Assembly (NCBI GenBank): GCA_964016885.1
Contig: OZ024746.1
Location: 88,288,001-88,352,000 of the forward strand
Source of the DNA: Eledone cirrhosa
Taxonomy: Eukaryota
DNA length: 64,000 nt
Direction: 5' to 3'
The notes beneath the pieces are model-generated. The model was given only the letters and a program-made list of their open reading frames with translations. It was not told the DNA's origin and did no database searches. Position 1 is the first letter of the stretch, and every line of letters begins with the position of its first letter. Shown here in pieces: positions 25,736-38,840 of the stretch. Both the position numbers and the translations under genes were made by a program.

Positions 25736-26329
25736 TAATGCCAGCATAATAATAATAATTACTATTATTGTATCTCAAGTTTTCTCAAAATGTTCAATTC
25801 AAATATTAAGAAAATATGTCAACACATATATTAAACATACGCGACAAACCGCATAGATACACAGATCAAACAAACTCATACTACTACAGTCTATTCAACA
25901 AAATCCAGTAACGACAACGCCATCACTATAGTCACCGCCGCCACCACTCCATCATTGCTACCACTATCCCATCACCGCCGCCACCACTCCTTCATTGCTA
26001 CCACCACTATTCCCGCACTACCTTCTTTTAACTTAAGAAAGGGGGAGGTGGCGGTATCACTAGACAAGGGAGAGGCTAGCAAAATATATAAATAGACTGA
26101 CTTAGTGACCCGGTCAAACGTCAACGAATGTGGCACTGCTGGCTCACACTTTCCCCACCAACAATAGAAAAAGCCCCAGCACCACCATCGACATAGCCAA
26201 CAACAACAACAGGCAACTTCAACAAAAAGTATATTATATTATTAATAATTATTTCATTCTTAAGCCACGCAATGCTCTCATTAAGGAACCACTCATGATA
26301 ATAACAATTTAAAAAATCAACAAAAAAAA

Positions 26330-29300
26330 ACCCCGTGGCCAAGATATACCGGGATGGCGGCCGGCGAGGAATAGCCGTGTCTCTAGGGGAGGACGACCCC
26401 TCTAGTCTTGGTTGACACTCGTCCTAGAAGTGGTAACACGAAATGATTTCCCCTTGGCGGTTAAGGATAAAACGCGACAAATTAAATGTTAAATGATAAA
26501 ATCTCATACCGGATCAGCCGTCACCCGGGTCAAAAAGCGCCGCGTCCCTCAGAGAGGAACCAGACTGGGGTCGGAAAATCAGCTAATGGTGTAAACCTTC
26601 CCATATCCGCAAGGTTGGCCCTCGATGCTCACCACCAAGAAATCCAAAGAAAAAGAGAGAAACATTGTCAAGGGAAGACAATAAAGAAGTTCTTAGGCTT
26701 TCTACACTGCCATGTACTACCCATCAAATAGATCGAATACAGAACAGACATATATCAAGTGGGTAAAGAAACATCCCGAACACAGAGGCTATATTGACAG
26801 TAACAAACTAAACAATATACGAAGAAATATTGTTAAATATTACGAAAAAGTTACTAACTGATATAGAAATTGATCAGGTTAAGCTATTAGCAGAAAGTCA
26901 GCAAAGGGAAAATGAAACATGTGTCAGTGAAAACGAGATAAATTGTAACACTTCGAATTCCAGGGTTGTGGCAGAATCACTGACACAGACAATTTAAAGA
27001 AAGGATCGAAAAAGTGTAGGGAATGCATGCTGATGATGAAACTCAAAATGAAAACAATGAGATCGTAAATGATAAAGAAATGAATGAGAATAAACTTGCC
27101 AGCTTGAAGAGTGAAATTATAATCGAATGGAGGAAAATGAAAGAATCTGGCATGGGGGAACGAGACACTATCTCTAAGATCCAGAACTCCAAACAGAAGC
27201 AAAAGATAATACACAAGACTAACATAATTCTCAAAAAACATTATTATTACAAACAAACTAAACATTACTGATTTAAATCATCTCTATTATGCATCGGCTA
27301 AAGTCACCACTCACTTATGTGGAGTGAAAATGCAAAACAAAGGAATTTCCACAAGAAATCTACTTGGCAACTGAACATCAATCGCCAAATAAACCTTCTC
27401 CGATCTGACATAGACATTTTAACAACCTACAAAGTAGGTGAACATGTTAAACAAACTAAACTTAGAAAATAGAAAAGGAAATACAGTATAAAATCAACAA
27501 GTGACATAGACATATTGATAGAAATAATCAAGAAAAAAGTGTCGGCCAAAGCTGCTCGTATAAGGCGCTCTGAAAAACGATCTATATTCTATAAGGACAA
27601 TAATATGTTAAAAAACAACCAAAGAAACTTCTACAGAAAAATTGTCAAGTCAACAATAACTGCTATATCAAACCCATTCAAGGAGAAAGTGCAAGAATTC
27701 TGGGAAAAGATCTGGGCCGAAGAAAAATTTCGTAATATACATGCTCCATGGATAGACAGACAAATGAATGATACAGCTCACCTTGAGTAACAAATGTGGG
27801 AAAATATAACGGTTGAACAGCTGCGTTTGGCTCTTGGAAAATCAAGCAGAATGTAAATTCCCAGGAAAAGACAAAATACCAAATGTTTGGATAAATGCCT
27901 TCACAGAGTCTCATGAGCTGTTAGCCCAACTTTACAATGAAATAGTTAAGGAGCCAGAAAAGATACCATCATGGCTAGTTAATGGCATTACATTCCTGCT
28001 TCCGAAGAATGATGGGACAAACAATCCCCAAAATTACAGACCGATAACTTGCTTGACCATAATGTATAACATTTCAACATCAGTCCTAACTGAATATACA
28101 TATGACCACCTGATAACAAATGATATATTTCCCAATAAGCAGAAAGGGTGTAAACGAGGCTCATATGGCTGTAAGGATCAGCTTTTGGTTAACAAAATGA
28201 TACTGGAAGATTGTCATAATAGACACAAAAATCTATCAATGGCTTGGATAGATTATAAAAAAGCATTCGATAGTTTGCCACACAGTTGGATTTTAAAATC
28301 TTTAGAGATTTTCAAAATATCTTCCGTTGTCAGGAGTTTCCTTTCATTCAGTATGAAGACATGGAAAATGACACTCCTTTTGAATAGTGAAACAAAATCA
28401 CTGGAAGTTGGAGAAGTTAATATTAATTGTGGAATTGTTCAGGGTGACTCTTTATCATCGCTTTTATTCTGCATCGCACTTATACCATTAAGTAAAATGC
28501 TCAATGAACCAAAACATGGATATACAGTCTATGACAAAACCATTAATCACTTGTTCCACATGAATAATCTGAAGCTATTTGCAAAAAATTATGAACAATT
28601 TCAAGGGCTATTATCCACTGTGGAGCAGTTCAGTGATGACATTAAAATGGAGTTTGGACTAGATAAATGCGCCAAAGCAACGTTCACCCGAGGAAAGCTG
28701 CTGAAAAATTTAACATTAATCTTGATCGGGGGAATGTGATAAGAGAACTTGATCAAGAGGAAACTTACAAATATCTAGGTGTTTGTGAAGGAGACGGAAT
28801 CAAGCACTCGACAATGAGGGAAAGGATACGGAAGGAATGTTACCGCAGAGTAAGAGCAATCTTAAGAACGGAATTGAATGCAAGGAATAGGATCGATGCC
28901 ATAAACACGCTTGCCATACCAGTAGTAACCTGCAGTTACAATGTCATCAACTGGCCAAGCACAGAGATCCGTAGGCTCGATACACAAATTAGAAAAGTCT
29001 TAACCATGCACAGAATGCATTACCCTAAGGCAGATACAGATAGAATATATCTCCCTAGGAAAGAAGGAGGACGTGGGTTAATCCAATTAGATATTGCGTT
29101 GAAAACTGCAATAATTGGATTATCTACATATCTAAGGGAATCACATGATTGGATGATCAAACTCGTTTTGAAACACGAGAGCATCAAAAGATCATACTCA
29201 ATTACAAATTTCAGTAGTCCCATTTACTTCTGAAATGGAAAACACAGAAAAGGCAAAGCAGGGAAAAGTAACTGCAAAGAAAGAACTGCTACAGAAACTG

Positions 29301-30210
29301 GTTAAGAAATGGCAAGAAAAGCCTCCGTATCGAAAATACCCAGAAAGAGCTAACAATCCTGATGTTGAAAACACTTTAACCCATCAGTGCTTGGCATCCT
29401 CTGGACTGAAATCGGAGACTGAAGGACAGATTATAACAGCACAAGATCAGTATCTGCCAACAACAAATTACCAAGCCAACATAATAAAAAATGGATGCAC
29501 CCCATTATGCCGTGTATGAAAAAAATAACCAGATACCATTGATCATATAATTTCAATGTGCAGTCCTATAGCTCCAACCAAATACCTAAACAGGCATGAC
29601 AGAGCTGCACAATATATACATTGGATATGTAAGCATTTTGACCTGCCCCGTCAAAAGAATTGGTGGGAGCATCAACCACCTCCCATACTTGAAAAAGATG
29701 ACATCTCAATCTTGTGGAACTTTAACATACAAACAGACCGAAAAATAGATGCAAATAGACCTGATATAATACTGAAGGACTTTAAAAAGAGGGTATGCCT
29801 GCTGATTGATATGTCCGTTCCAATAGACAAGAATGTATCTATAAAAACATTTGGAAAATTGAGCAAGTATAAGGACCTGGAGATAGAGATTGGAAAAATG
29901 GGGAAATTGAGAACTAAAACAATACCAGTGGTTGTAGGCGCTCTATGAATGATACCTAAAGGGTCTAATGATTACTTATTGCAAATCCCAGAAAACCGGC
30001 GTACTAATGAGAAAGCTAGTACTAATGAGAACTGCCCATATATTAAGGAAGATTCTGTCAATATAAGTACATCACAAGTCTAAACACCTAAAGATGCATG
30101 TATGTGTATGTATGTTTTTTCTTGAACATGGCGGACCTTGTGATTTCTTGAGGTCACTGGTTGTGACATGATGATAATTCGTATGAACATAAAGCAAGAT
30201 AAATGCAACT
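26330..30210 (+). mobile_element. Near-full-length R4/Dong-clade LINE (degenerate)
   Basis: NYRPITCL, QKGCKRGSYGCKDQL, WIDYKKAFDS, GIVQGDSLS, FGLDKC, RHD, NRPDII and KYKDL motifs. The 3' end is at (TAA)n. The 5' boundary is approximate. Confidence 0.92.
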
Positions 30211-30227
30211 ATAATAATAATAATAAT

Positions 30228-30332
30228 GATTCTACTTTTGGCACAAGGCCAGCAATTATACCAGTGCATTATTGGTGCTTTATTTTATCGACCCCGTAAG
30301 CATGAATGGCAACGTTAACCTAGGTGGATTTG
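30228..30332 (-). mobile_element. Family 1 SINE, 3' part
   Basis: Core match, flanked by (TAA)n. Confidence 0.8.
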
Positions 30333-31239
30333 AATAATAGTAATAATAAAGATAATAATTTCAAAGCAAAACCAACGAAGGCCTATCTAATATTTTTTTA
30401 TTTATATCTGAATTCGTACAGATAGAATCAAAAACTAATTAGTTATACAGCTCTCCACCATTAAGCTCTCATGTGTTTTACTATTTTCAAATGTTTCTAG
30501 AAATATTTATATTAAGCCAACTTTTTCCAAATACTACTCCTGAATAATGTGCGTCCTTATAAATGAACACCGGCCAACGCCCTTTAAACATGTCTTTATT
30601 TAGTTGCAATTAAGTAGTAATATAGTTCGTTTTAGTTGTTAGTGTTCGGAGCGTGATTGTAACGTGAGGTCTACTCGCTGTGACATATTGTACCCTTTAC
30701 TTTACTTTGCGCGATTCACTCTGTTAACAAAAATGTGTTTTACCTGTAATGGGAAGGACCAGTATTCTCATACACGACCAATAAATCCGACAACTGATTT
30801 ATAGCTGCATGATTAATGCTCAGGCACGTCCACTTCAGTTTATCGAAGAGTCTATAATGTTACTCAAACAACTGGAATACTCATCATCGAAACCGACAGT
30901 GTTCCACCACAATTCCACAAAGTTTATTGAATTCGATACTATAAAATGTTGTATATGAAGAACCATCTATATAAGGCAGTGTTAATTGTTCATACCTATC
31001 TTAAACCACATTCGACTGCCTCCACGAGCATGTGTGATACTTATTCCTTCTTTGTCGATAAAAATGATGGATAGCCAGATTGAGTGATATCAATAAGAGA
31101 GCGTCAGACCGTTCTAGTACATGGGACTTCTGAATTCAAAACATATTTCTAAAACGAATAATGGGCCATGTTAGATTTGATACATATATCAACCGATGCA
31201 TCAAATCTAACATATGCATTTACCAATAAAAGGGTGTCA

Positions 31240-31490
31240 ATGCGCATGGTCCAGTGGTAAGAGTTTTAGAAGTAATATCATAATGTCATGTGTTCGAAAT
31301 CTGTACTGATTTGTGTGTTGTGTCCCTGAGAAAAACACGTTGCTCCAATTTACTCAACTGAAAATGAGAGAACTATCTACACATGGGAGTTTAACTCTGC
31401 TATGGACTGGGATCCTTTTCAGTGGAATTCTTGTAGTCTCAGTCGCTTAACGCCATTCAACCTGGATAAGCCCTGTTCTTTCGACACTCC
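31240..31490 (+). mobile_element. tRNA-derived SINE, family 2 (old copy)
   Basis: tggtccagtgg A box, gttcgaaatc B box and tgtccctgagaaaaacac core. Confidence 0.6.
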
Positions 31491-31492
31491 TG

Positions 31493-31533
<41 letters not shown>

Positions 31534-32010
31534 TGTTATACTTTGGGAGGGTCATGTTGCCAATAAGAAACACAAGCACCAGTTGCTTTCACACCAATTT
31601 ATTATAAATTAAATTATAAATTTAAGAAATTTATAAATTTCTGGTTGGTTGGTTAATTCCACAACCGGACGGTTGTTCATATATTGTCAAAGTTCTTTGG
31701 CCACACATTCAGTGACCTCGTGAGAGACCGGGATTCTTTTCTTTGTTTGTGCCTCTCCTTTGTTCTGTCCTACGCCATCAAGATGGCGTAGGACAGAACA
31801 AACGAGAGGCACAAAACAAAGGAAAGAATTCCCTCTCACTGATGAGGTCCCATAATGTGTGACGAAAGAACTTTGACAATATATTAACAGCTGTCCGGTT
31901 GTGGAACCAACCAACCAAATGGAAATTTATAATTAAATTATAACAAACTGGCGTGAAACAACTGGCGCGTTTGTTTCTCATTGGCAACATGACCCTCCCA
32001 AAGTATAACA
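31534..32010. repeat. Imperfect palindrome with about 240-bp arms (inverted PLE pLTR pair)
   Basis: Axis tacgccatc-aa-gatggcgta near 31780. The outer end gttatactttgggagggtcat is shared with the PLE terminus at 16064. Confidence 0.9.
31836..31876 (+). ncRNA. Type I hammerhead-like motif
   Basis: tca CTGATGA g gtc...gac GAAA gaac TT tga. Confidence 0.6.
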
Positions 32011-32068
32011 ATATCGATTACAGCACACGTTTTCAGATAAAGAATCTTGCTCAACAAATTCAGAAACG

Positions 32069-32127
<59 letters not shown>

Positions 32128-32130
<3 letters not shown>

Positions 32131-32612
32131 CAAATTTAGACGGGAACAAAACAGAGAGTCAGACAAATAAAGGTTTATTAGGTTCACGGTCTTGAGAGTG
32201 GTGGGGGGGGGGGGGACGACGTTTCGGGCATAAGCCCTTCTTCAGGATAAATAGGTTAGGAAGAGAGTTCCGAGGGTGTGTGGAAATACATTTAGAAAAA
32301 AGGGGGAAGGAGAACAAATAAAAATAAAATTAAAAATACACGTAAAAATAAACATACGAATTAACAATAAGATGAGCAAGTGGTGGAAGGGTGTGAGGCG
32401 TGTTAGGGTGGTGGCCGGGGTTGTTGGGCGAGGGAGGTGGGGGTTGGGTCGAAGCGGGGAAGGCTGAAGGTGGTGTTTGTGTATGTGTGTAGTTGTACGT
32501 GTGTGTGTGTGTCTGGATGGGTGTGTATGTGAGAAGAAGGACAAGGTTCCATGGTATGGAGTGGATGGCTGGAGAAGTGTCCGTGGTGTGGAATCCAATG
32601 CTGGTGGTGATC
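32128..32612 (-). mobile_element. PLE 3' UTR/pLTR fragment with minimal hammerhead core at 32215-32249
   Basis: CTGAAGA a gggc-ttat-gccc GAAAC GTC, with helix I decayed. A related end occurs at 50313-50400. Flanked by (TA)n. Confidence 0.7.
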
Positions 32613-32620
32613 ATATATAT

Positions 32621-32720
32621 ATTAACATAACAGATTAAAGTTTAAGCACATAATCGCTGCTTTCACCCTTTAAAGGTGAAATCGGCGATTATCTGCTTAA
32701 AATCTAATCTGTTATTTTAA
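32621..32720. repeat. Hairpin built from the 3' half of the CAGAAGA-family hammerhead
   Basis: Axis tttcacc-ctttaaa-ggtgaaa, which corresponds to helix II. Confidence 0.85.
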
Positions 32721-32837
32721 CAAATATTTTCTCTAGGGAAAAGGTGGTAAAATCCAATATGGGGTTTCTGCATTTTTCAACAGTTAGTTTGTTCTATGCC
32801 AAGATTGGGATCTCGCCGTGATCTGAACGCACGTGGG

Positions 32838-32919
<82 letters not shown>

Positions 32920-33074
32920 TGGCTGCCAACTCGTTTTCGAGTACGGCCACTACTTTATATCCATGTAGGAGAACCCCTACCGGTGCGCTGAACGAGTGTG
33001 ACTTTTTAGTCCAGCCACCGACTTGAAAACTCTGGTACAAACACTACACTTGTGACAATTATTGACACATAGTC

Positions 33075-33520
33075 CTGGGCCCATTGTACCATGTGACGAC
33101 AAGTGCAGAGAGATCTCCAGATATAAAGCAATGCCTGTCCCGTGAAGCTTTAATAGTGAGCAAAGGCACTGCACAAAGCCAGTCCCACTCTCTTAACCAA
33201 GATGATAATTACCAAAAAGAAGAACAAGTCAACATCTTGGATATCATCAGGGTTGCAGGTGTTATATCAGAGTTTTCCTTCTCCTAGAATTCTGCCTTGA
33301 CAAAGGCTAAGGGGTCATCTCTCCCAGTGATTTTGGATGGCCATTGACTCTTAAGAGCTCCTTTGCCCTTTGACATGTTTTGTTTTAGTCCTGCAGGATG
33401 TCCAAAGTCACCCTCCTCACCAAGAAACCTTGGTGGGGTTGCCAGTTTAGTCGCCAACGACCCTACCATGAGACAGGTTGTACTGGGATACATGTTACCA
33501 GTAGCACCAACTGGTGACCT
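33075..33520 (-). mobile_element. 5' end of an RTE-type LINE (UTR and start of APE endonuclease)
   Basis: actaaactggcaacccc 5' UTR signature. The minus strand gives an N..T motif followed by LARYRIDIAALSE-like residues (LHGTGIALYLEISLHLSS, frameshifted). Confidence 0.5.
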
Positions 33521-34270
33521 GACATACATATATATATATATATATTGGACATACATATATATATATATATATTGGACGTGTCACTTAACCTTACGTCTAC
33601 CAAATTGTACTATTGTAAGATCCACGTGAGCATGTTGCCGCTTAGGGGAGTTATATCCATGATCACTTCTCTGTAAAGCGATCTCCTTAAACCTAGGGAA
33701 GTGTCGGCGCCTGCAATATGTTCTAAGGTGGTTGTATAAACTTTATCTAGTATGATATTTGTATAACTTGAATGTCGAATATCTATGAAAACAAAATAAT
33801 GATTATAGACCTAAACGTATATACCATTTACATAAAACGACGTCAGAAAGATATGCTATTAAATCGAAAAACTATGAATGTTATGTATGTAAATATAATT
33901 CAATTATAATAATAGCAATTTATTTTTAGTTTACGCTGCTATATCAAATATACTTTCTATCAGTGAATAAGGTGTTTCCGTATGTAATCTAACAATGCAT
34001 AACACGGGGTTGCTACATAGAGCAAATAAAAACTAGCGGTGATTTATGGAATATATTTCCTTGTTCTCATGTCGCTATTGCGAAAAGAATACAAATATAT
34101 ATAATAAACCTGTAATAAAGTTAACCAAATATGATTTATGTAGCGAAATTACATGCTTATTTGATGGCGTAAAATGAATCAAAAACGGAATAAATGTATG
34201 TATATGTAGGAATGTTTTAGCAAGTATATGTATTAATGTAAATCTAGATATACCTTTAATTTGTTTATGA

Positions 34271-34307
<37 letters not shown>

Positions 34308-34313
34308 ACTCTC

Positions 34314-34450
<137 letters not shown>

Positions 34451-34739
34451 TAGAAAGATAATATATTTATGTATGTATGTATATATATATATACATACAT
34501 AAATATATTATCTTTCTATCTTTGTATATATGTATCTATTTACTCATGTATTTATCTATCTTTTCACTATCGATCTATGTATCTATTATCAAATGGCAGA
34601 GTAGTTTTTTTTTTTATGTGGCAACAATGCAAACATTTTCCGAATATGTCGGGTACAGGTTATTGTATCACTAGCATTAAAACTTTATTTCTCATTAAGT
34701 CTCTGCTCAGTGGGGTCAAACTTTAACACATCATCCTAG

Positions 34740-35250
34740 GTTTTTATTGTCTTATGCCTTCCACATTGTCACCAGTTCCGTGTATTTCGTCTTCCTTTAT
34801 TCCACTGTCACATTAAATACGCATCACATACCCACACAACATAGATTTCCCTGTCCTAGTTTGCATCCGAACCATCTGATTATCAACTCTTTTCTCTTAT
34901 TTTGGACACTATTTCTTCGTCAATACACACAGGTGTTTATCATCCTCCTTCATATGTTTCAGATCGCCCAGCAACTTTCCTTTAGAGATTCAAGGGATAT
35001 AGTGTTCTATATCATGTTGACAGAAGGTAGCTTCTCTTACGGGGACTGCAGGCCAAATAGAATCCACACCAGCGTCATATATTATCTTAAATTTTTTTTT
35101 CATTAGACTCCAGCCTCAAAATTCTTCGCGTCATCGCAAAACAATATCAGATCAGTGAGTGGGAGGTTTATGATTTATTGACCGTCAACTCGAAGCTGTA
35201 AGGAAGTCAATATTCTATGCTCTAGATTTAACATTGTTGAGTCACAACCT
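34740..35250 (-). mobile_element. Old LINE RT/thumb fragment
   Basis: Degenerate IRWFGCKLG and WILFGLQ segments with many stops. Confidence 0.3.
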
Positions 35251-35380
35251 CTTCTATTCCTCGTATCTATGTCTATTTTTCATCTCTCTATCTATTTATC
35301 TATATATCTGTCTGCCTCTCTATCTTTCTATTTATCTATCTATCTATATATCTATCTATCTATCTATCTATATATCTATC

Positions 35381-36727
35381 TGGTGAACGGCTACCTCTCG
35401 GAGCCGTTCAAAATCGCGCGGTCCATCCGACAAGGGTGCCCTCTCTCCTCCCTTCTGTATGTGTTGACTCTCGAGCCACTACTGCGGAAGTTGGAGTTGT
35501 TGCAGGGCATCCCTTTGGAACCGGGATTGCGGAAAGCGGTGTCGGCCTACGCCGATGACGTGACAGTAAGGGTGTCGACAGCCTCCGAAATCGAGGCGGT
35601 CGGCACCTTACTGGAGGAGTACGAAAGGTTTACAGGGGCTAAGCTGAACCGGGACAAGTCGATCGGTCTGCAACTCGGCACGTGGAGGGGCAGATCGATG
35701 CCCTCCGATGGCGTCGTCGGGCGCTGGACGGAGGGCCCGGTGAAGTTGCTCGGGGTCTGGTTCGGTGAAGTTGCTCACGGCTCTCTGGCAGGCGGACCCG
35801 GCTGTCAGTGGAGAATCCACCTCGTCATTCTATAGAGGGCTGGTGGTTAGCAGGTGCGACGACGCCCTCGGAGAAGCCCTAGGCATGGAGGAAGACGAAC
35901 TGGCCAATCTGTTCGGTAGGACATTCAGCCCGGGACCCATGGATAACTTCCAGAGGTCCCAGGCCTGGCAATGCTACAGAAGGGCTCTGCCCGTTCGAGA
36001 AAGGCTCTACAGACACGGGCGCCCGGGTAGGGACCCATCGAAAAAGATCTGTCCCAGATGCGTGTGCGACGAGGAAACCGTTGCACACGCTTTGGTACAC
36101 TGCTCGGGCATTGCCGATCTGTGGGGCTATGTCGAACAACTGCTGTCAAGGGTGGGACCGATCCGGTTAACCACCGAGTCTATTGTAACGATCAAGCCGC
36201 CTCCCCTCTTCAAAAACGAAGGAGAGGCGGTGTTTCTGTGCGTAATAGCCATGGCGAAAGAGGTTGTATGGTGGACGCGTCTGAAAGGACTGAGGTCAGA
36301 TACCTTTCTCTCTGGCCAACAACTGGTCCGTTTCTTCCGATATCATTTCGGAAGAAGGATCAGGATGGAGAGAGAGGTGCTCCACCCCAGTCGTTTTTAT
36401 GAAAGATGGGTGAAAGTGACGAGAATGGCCCGTGTGAATGGGCCTTCACTCTACATCAGACTATAGGTGAGGAAGATGAAAGACCAAGGGAGCACCCCTT
36501 CTCTGTGCTCCTGAGGAGAAGGGTTGCACACTTTTTTCGGGGGGGGTGCGGCCCCCCAAGGCGCCTCCTCTCTATTGAGGACTTTGTTATAAATTTAATT
36601 TTTGTTATATTTTATTTTATTTTTATATATTGTTATTGCCTCCTCCTTATTGAGGACGCCTTGTTTTGTAAACTCCCCCATTGTACTTGTCCCACTTTTG
36701 ATGCCCTGGTGGCAAATAAAAGAAACA
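35381..36727 (+). mobile_element. 5'-truncated, internally deleted Tx1/L1-clade LINE
   Basis: SIRQGCPLS, AYADDV and CPRC..EETVAHALVHC motifs. AATAAA near the 3' end. Embedded in (CTAT)n. Confidence 0.9.
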
Positions 36728-37007
36728 TATCTATCTATCTATATACATATTTATCGATCTACCTATCTATGTGTCTATATTTTTATCTGTCTATCTATTT
36801 ATCTATTTATCTATTTATCTATCTGGCACACCATCTATCTATCTATATATCTATCTTCGTGATTGGTAGACGTGTATTACTTAGCTCCGGGCTCTTTACG
36901 GATTATTGTACAAAAAATTGTGTGTTAATTGTTGAATTTGTTATTATTGTTTAGGTTAACCCCTCGTCTGGTCCTACAGACGTTGGGTTAACTAATGTTC
37001 GTCCCTT

Positions 37008-38785
37008 TTGGGGGCGGAATTTTCATCTGAAAAATGTGTGTACACTTGTTATTTAGTAATGGATGCCATTTCAACCTCTCACACTGGTGGAGGGAAGGTA
37101 GGAGTACAAAGCTTGCAGCCTTGCCCGCTCGCCTTATCGAAAAAGGTTGTAAATGTTGCAACCACGAAACCAAACCCGGTAAATAGTACCAGCACCAACA
37201 ACAAGAACAATGACAATAACACCACAACCAACAACTGCAACAATAACAACACCAACACCGAGGAAAATATGAACAACATCAACAACATTGACAACAAAAA
37301 CAGCAACAAGAAAGACAACACCAATACGTCGTTGGCACAAACTGTAAAAAAAAAAACAGAACTATACACTCCAATTGACATCACTACCGCAAAACAGCTA
37401 CTCCAAGATGCAAAACAATATGTAACTTTTGGACAAAACGGTGCTTTTAGCATCAATTCTCCCCAGGTATTACGTAGAGACACTGTCCTGAAAACTGTGG
37501 TTTTCAGCATAATATCAAACCCAACTAGAAAAACAGCTCAATTATCACAAAATGAAATTGAGCTGGTTCTAAAAGATGCAATGAAGGACATAACCTTCAT
37601 CCAACGAGAAAAACTGTTTGCTAGCATTTCGGAGTTAATGAATGACAAACCAACGGCACAAAAATACGCGGTATCACACATTGTGTCCCCCCCTTTCACC
37701 CTTTTCCCCACATACAGGCGAAAAAGGACACACAAAATAAAAATTATGAGTTTCACACCAATTGTAAATATTTGGAGGATACTATGTGGGTTCATTGATT
37801 TTGATGAAGACAGAATAATCTCAGTAGGAAAGTCCTTCAAAGGTGAATTTAGTGGTACTAGCGTAGAAGTTCTGGTTCAAATGAGCCCAGAATGAATAGC
37901 TAAAATCCAACAACACGTGCCTCTGGACGGGCTAACCTACATAAACATTTCAGTTGAGGGTAGGCGGCCGTCAAGTTACCATTGCTAAAGCAGGGGTCAC
38001 CTGAGGGCTGCCTGTCCTCAATTAACGAGTCAAAAAAGGCTCTTCTGCCAACCCCGAACACAACAACACAACACCCACCACCACCACAACAACAACAACA
38101 ACAACACGCACAAATAACAACACAAAACACAGTCCCACCCAACCCCCTCCCAACCCAAAACCACTCCAAACACACCCACACGTATAAAAACTCTCCTAAA
38201 TGTACCCCTCCCCAATCACACAGACGCCACAACGGACGAGGCCCTCTCATCATCATGCAGTGAACCCCTCCGCGCAAAAAAAAAAGAGACATAAGAAGAA
38301 TAAAAAGACAACAAACAAAGAACCACCAACACAAATAACACAAACATCAGAACCTCCCCCCATCCTGAAAAGAAAACACCCACAACAAAGAGAAAACACA
38401 AAAGAACAACAAACAAAAACTAACACCTCACAACAAAAACAGTAAACATATACGACACAGACAATAACATTTAATGCAGGCTATAACCAAAGACACTTCG
38501 GTAGAAACCGAAGGGAAAACTTTTACCTACTCGTGGGAAAAACCTAATCTTAAGATGATTAGGATTCCGATACACATATATAAACATTTAAAAGAAAACT
38601 TTCCAAAAGACGTAGGCAACCCCTGCATCAAACCTTACAACCAAGCCCTGTTAAAATCTTTCACCACCCCCAACCCAGACACCCCACCCGCCACCAAACA
38701 TCACCGTCCCCACCCCACCAGAAGCCACCGCCCCACCAAACAACCCCTCCAACACTCCATGGAAATTGTGCGGCCTGGTCTCTAG
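37008..38785 (+). pseudogene. Putative ORF1 of the Tx1-type LINE (fragmented)
   Basis: 295-aa ORF with an Asn/Thr-rich N-terminus, followed by Pro/Gln/Thr-rich fragments. The call rests on position only. Confidence 0.55.
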
Positions 38786-38840
38786 GAGACGAAAAGGTAA
38801 GTGATAACTTTTTCACTTCTTTTAAATTTTCAGCACCAGC

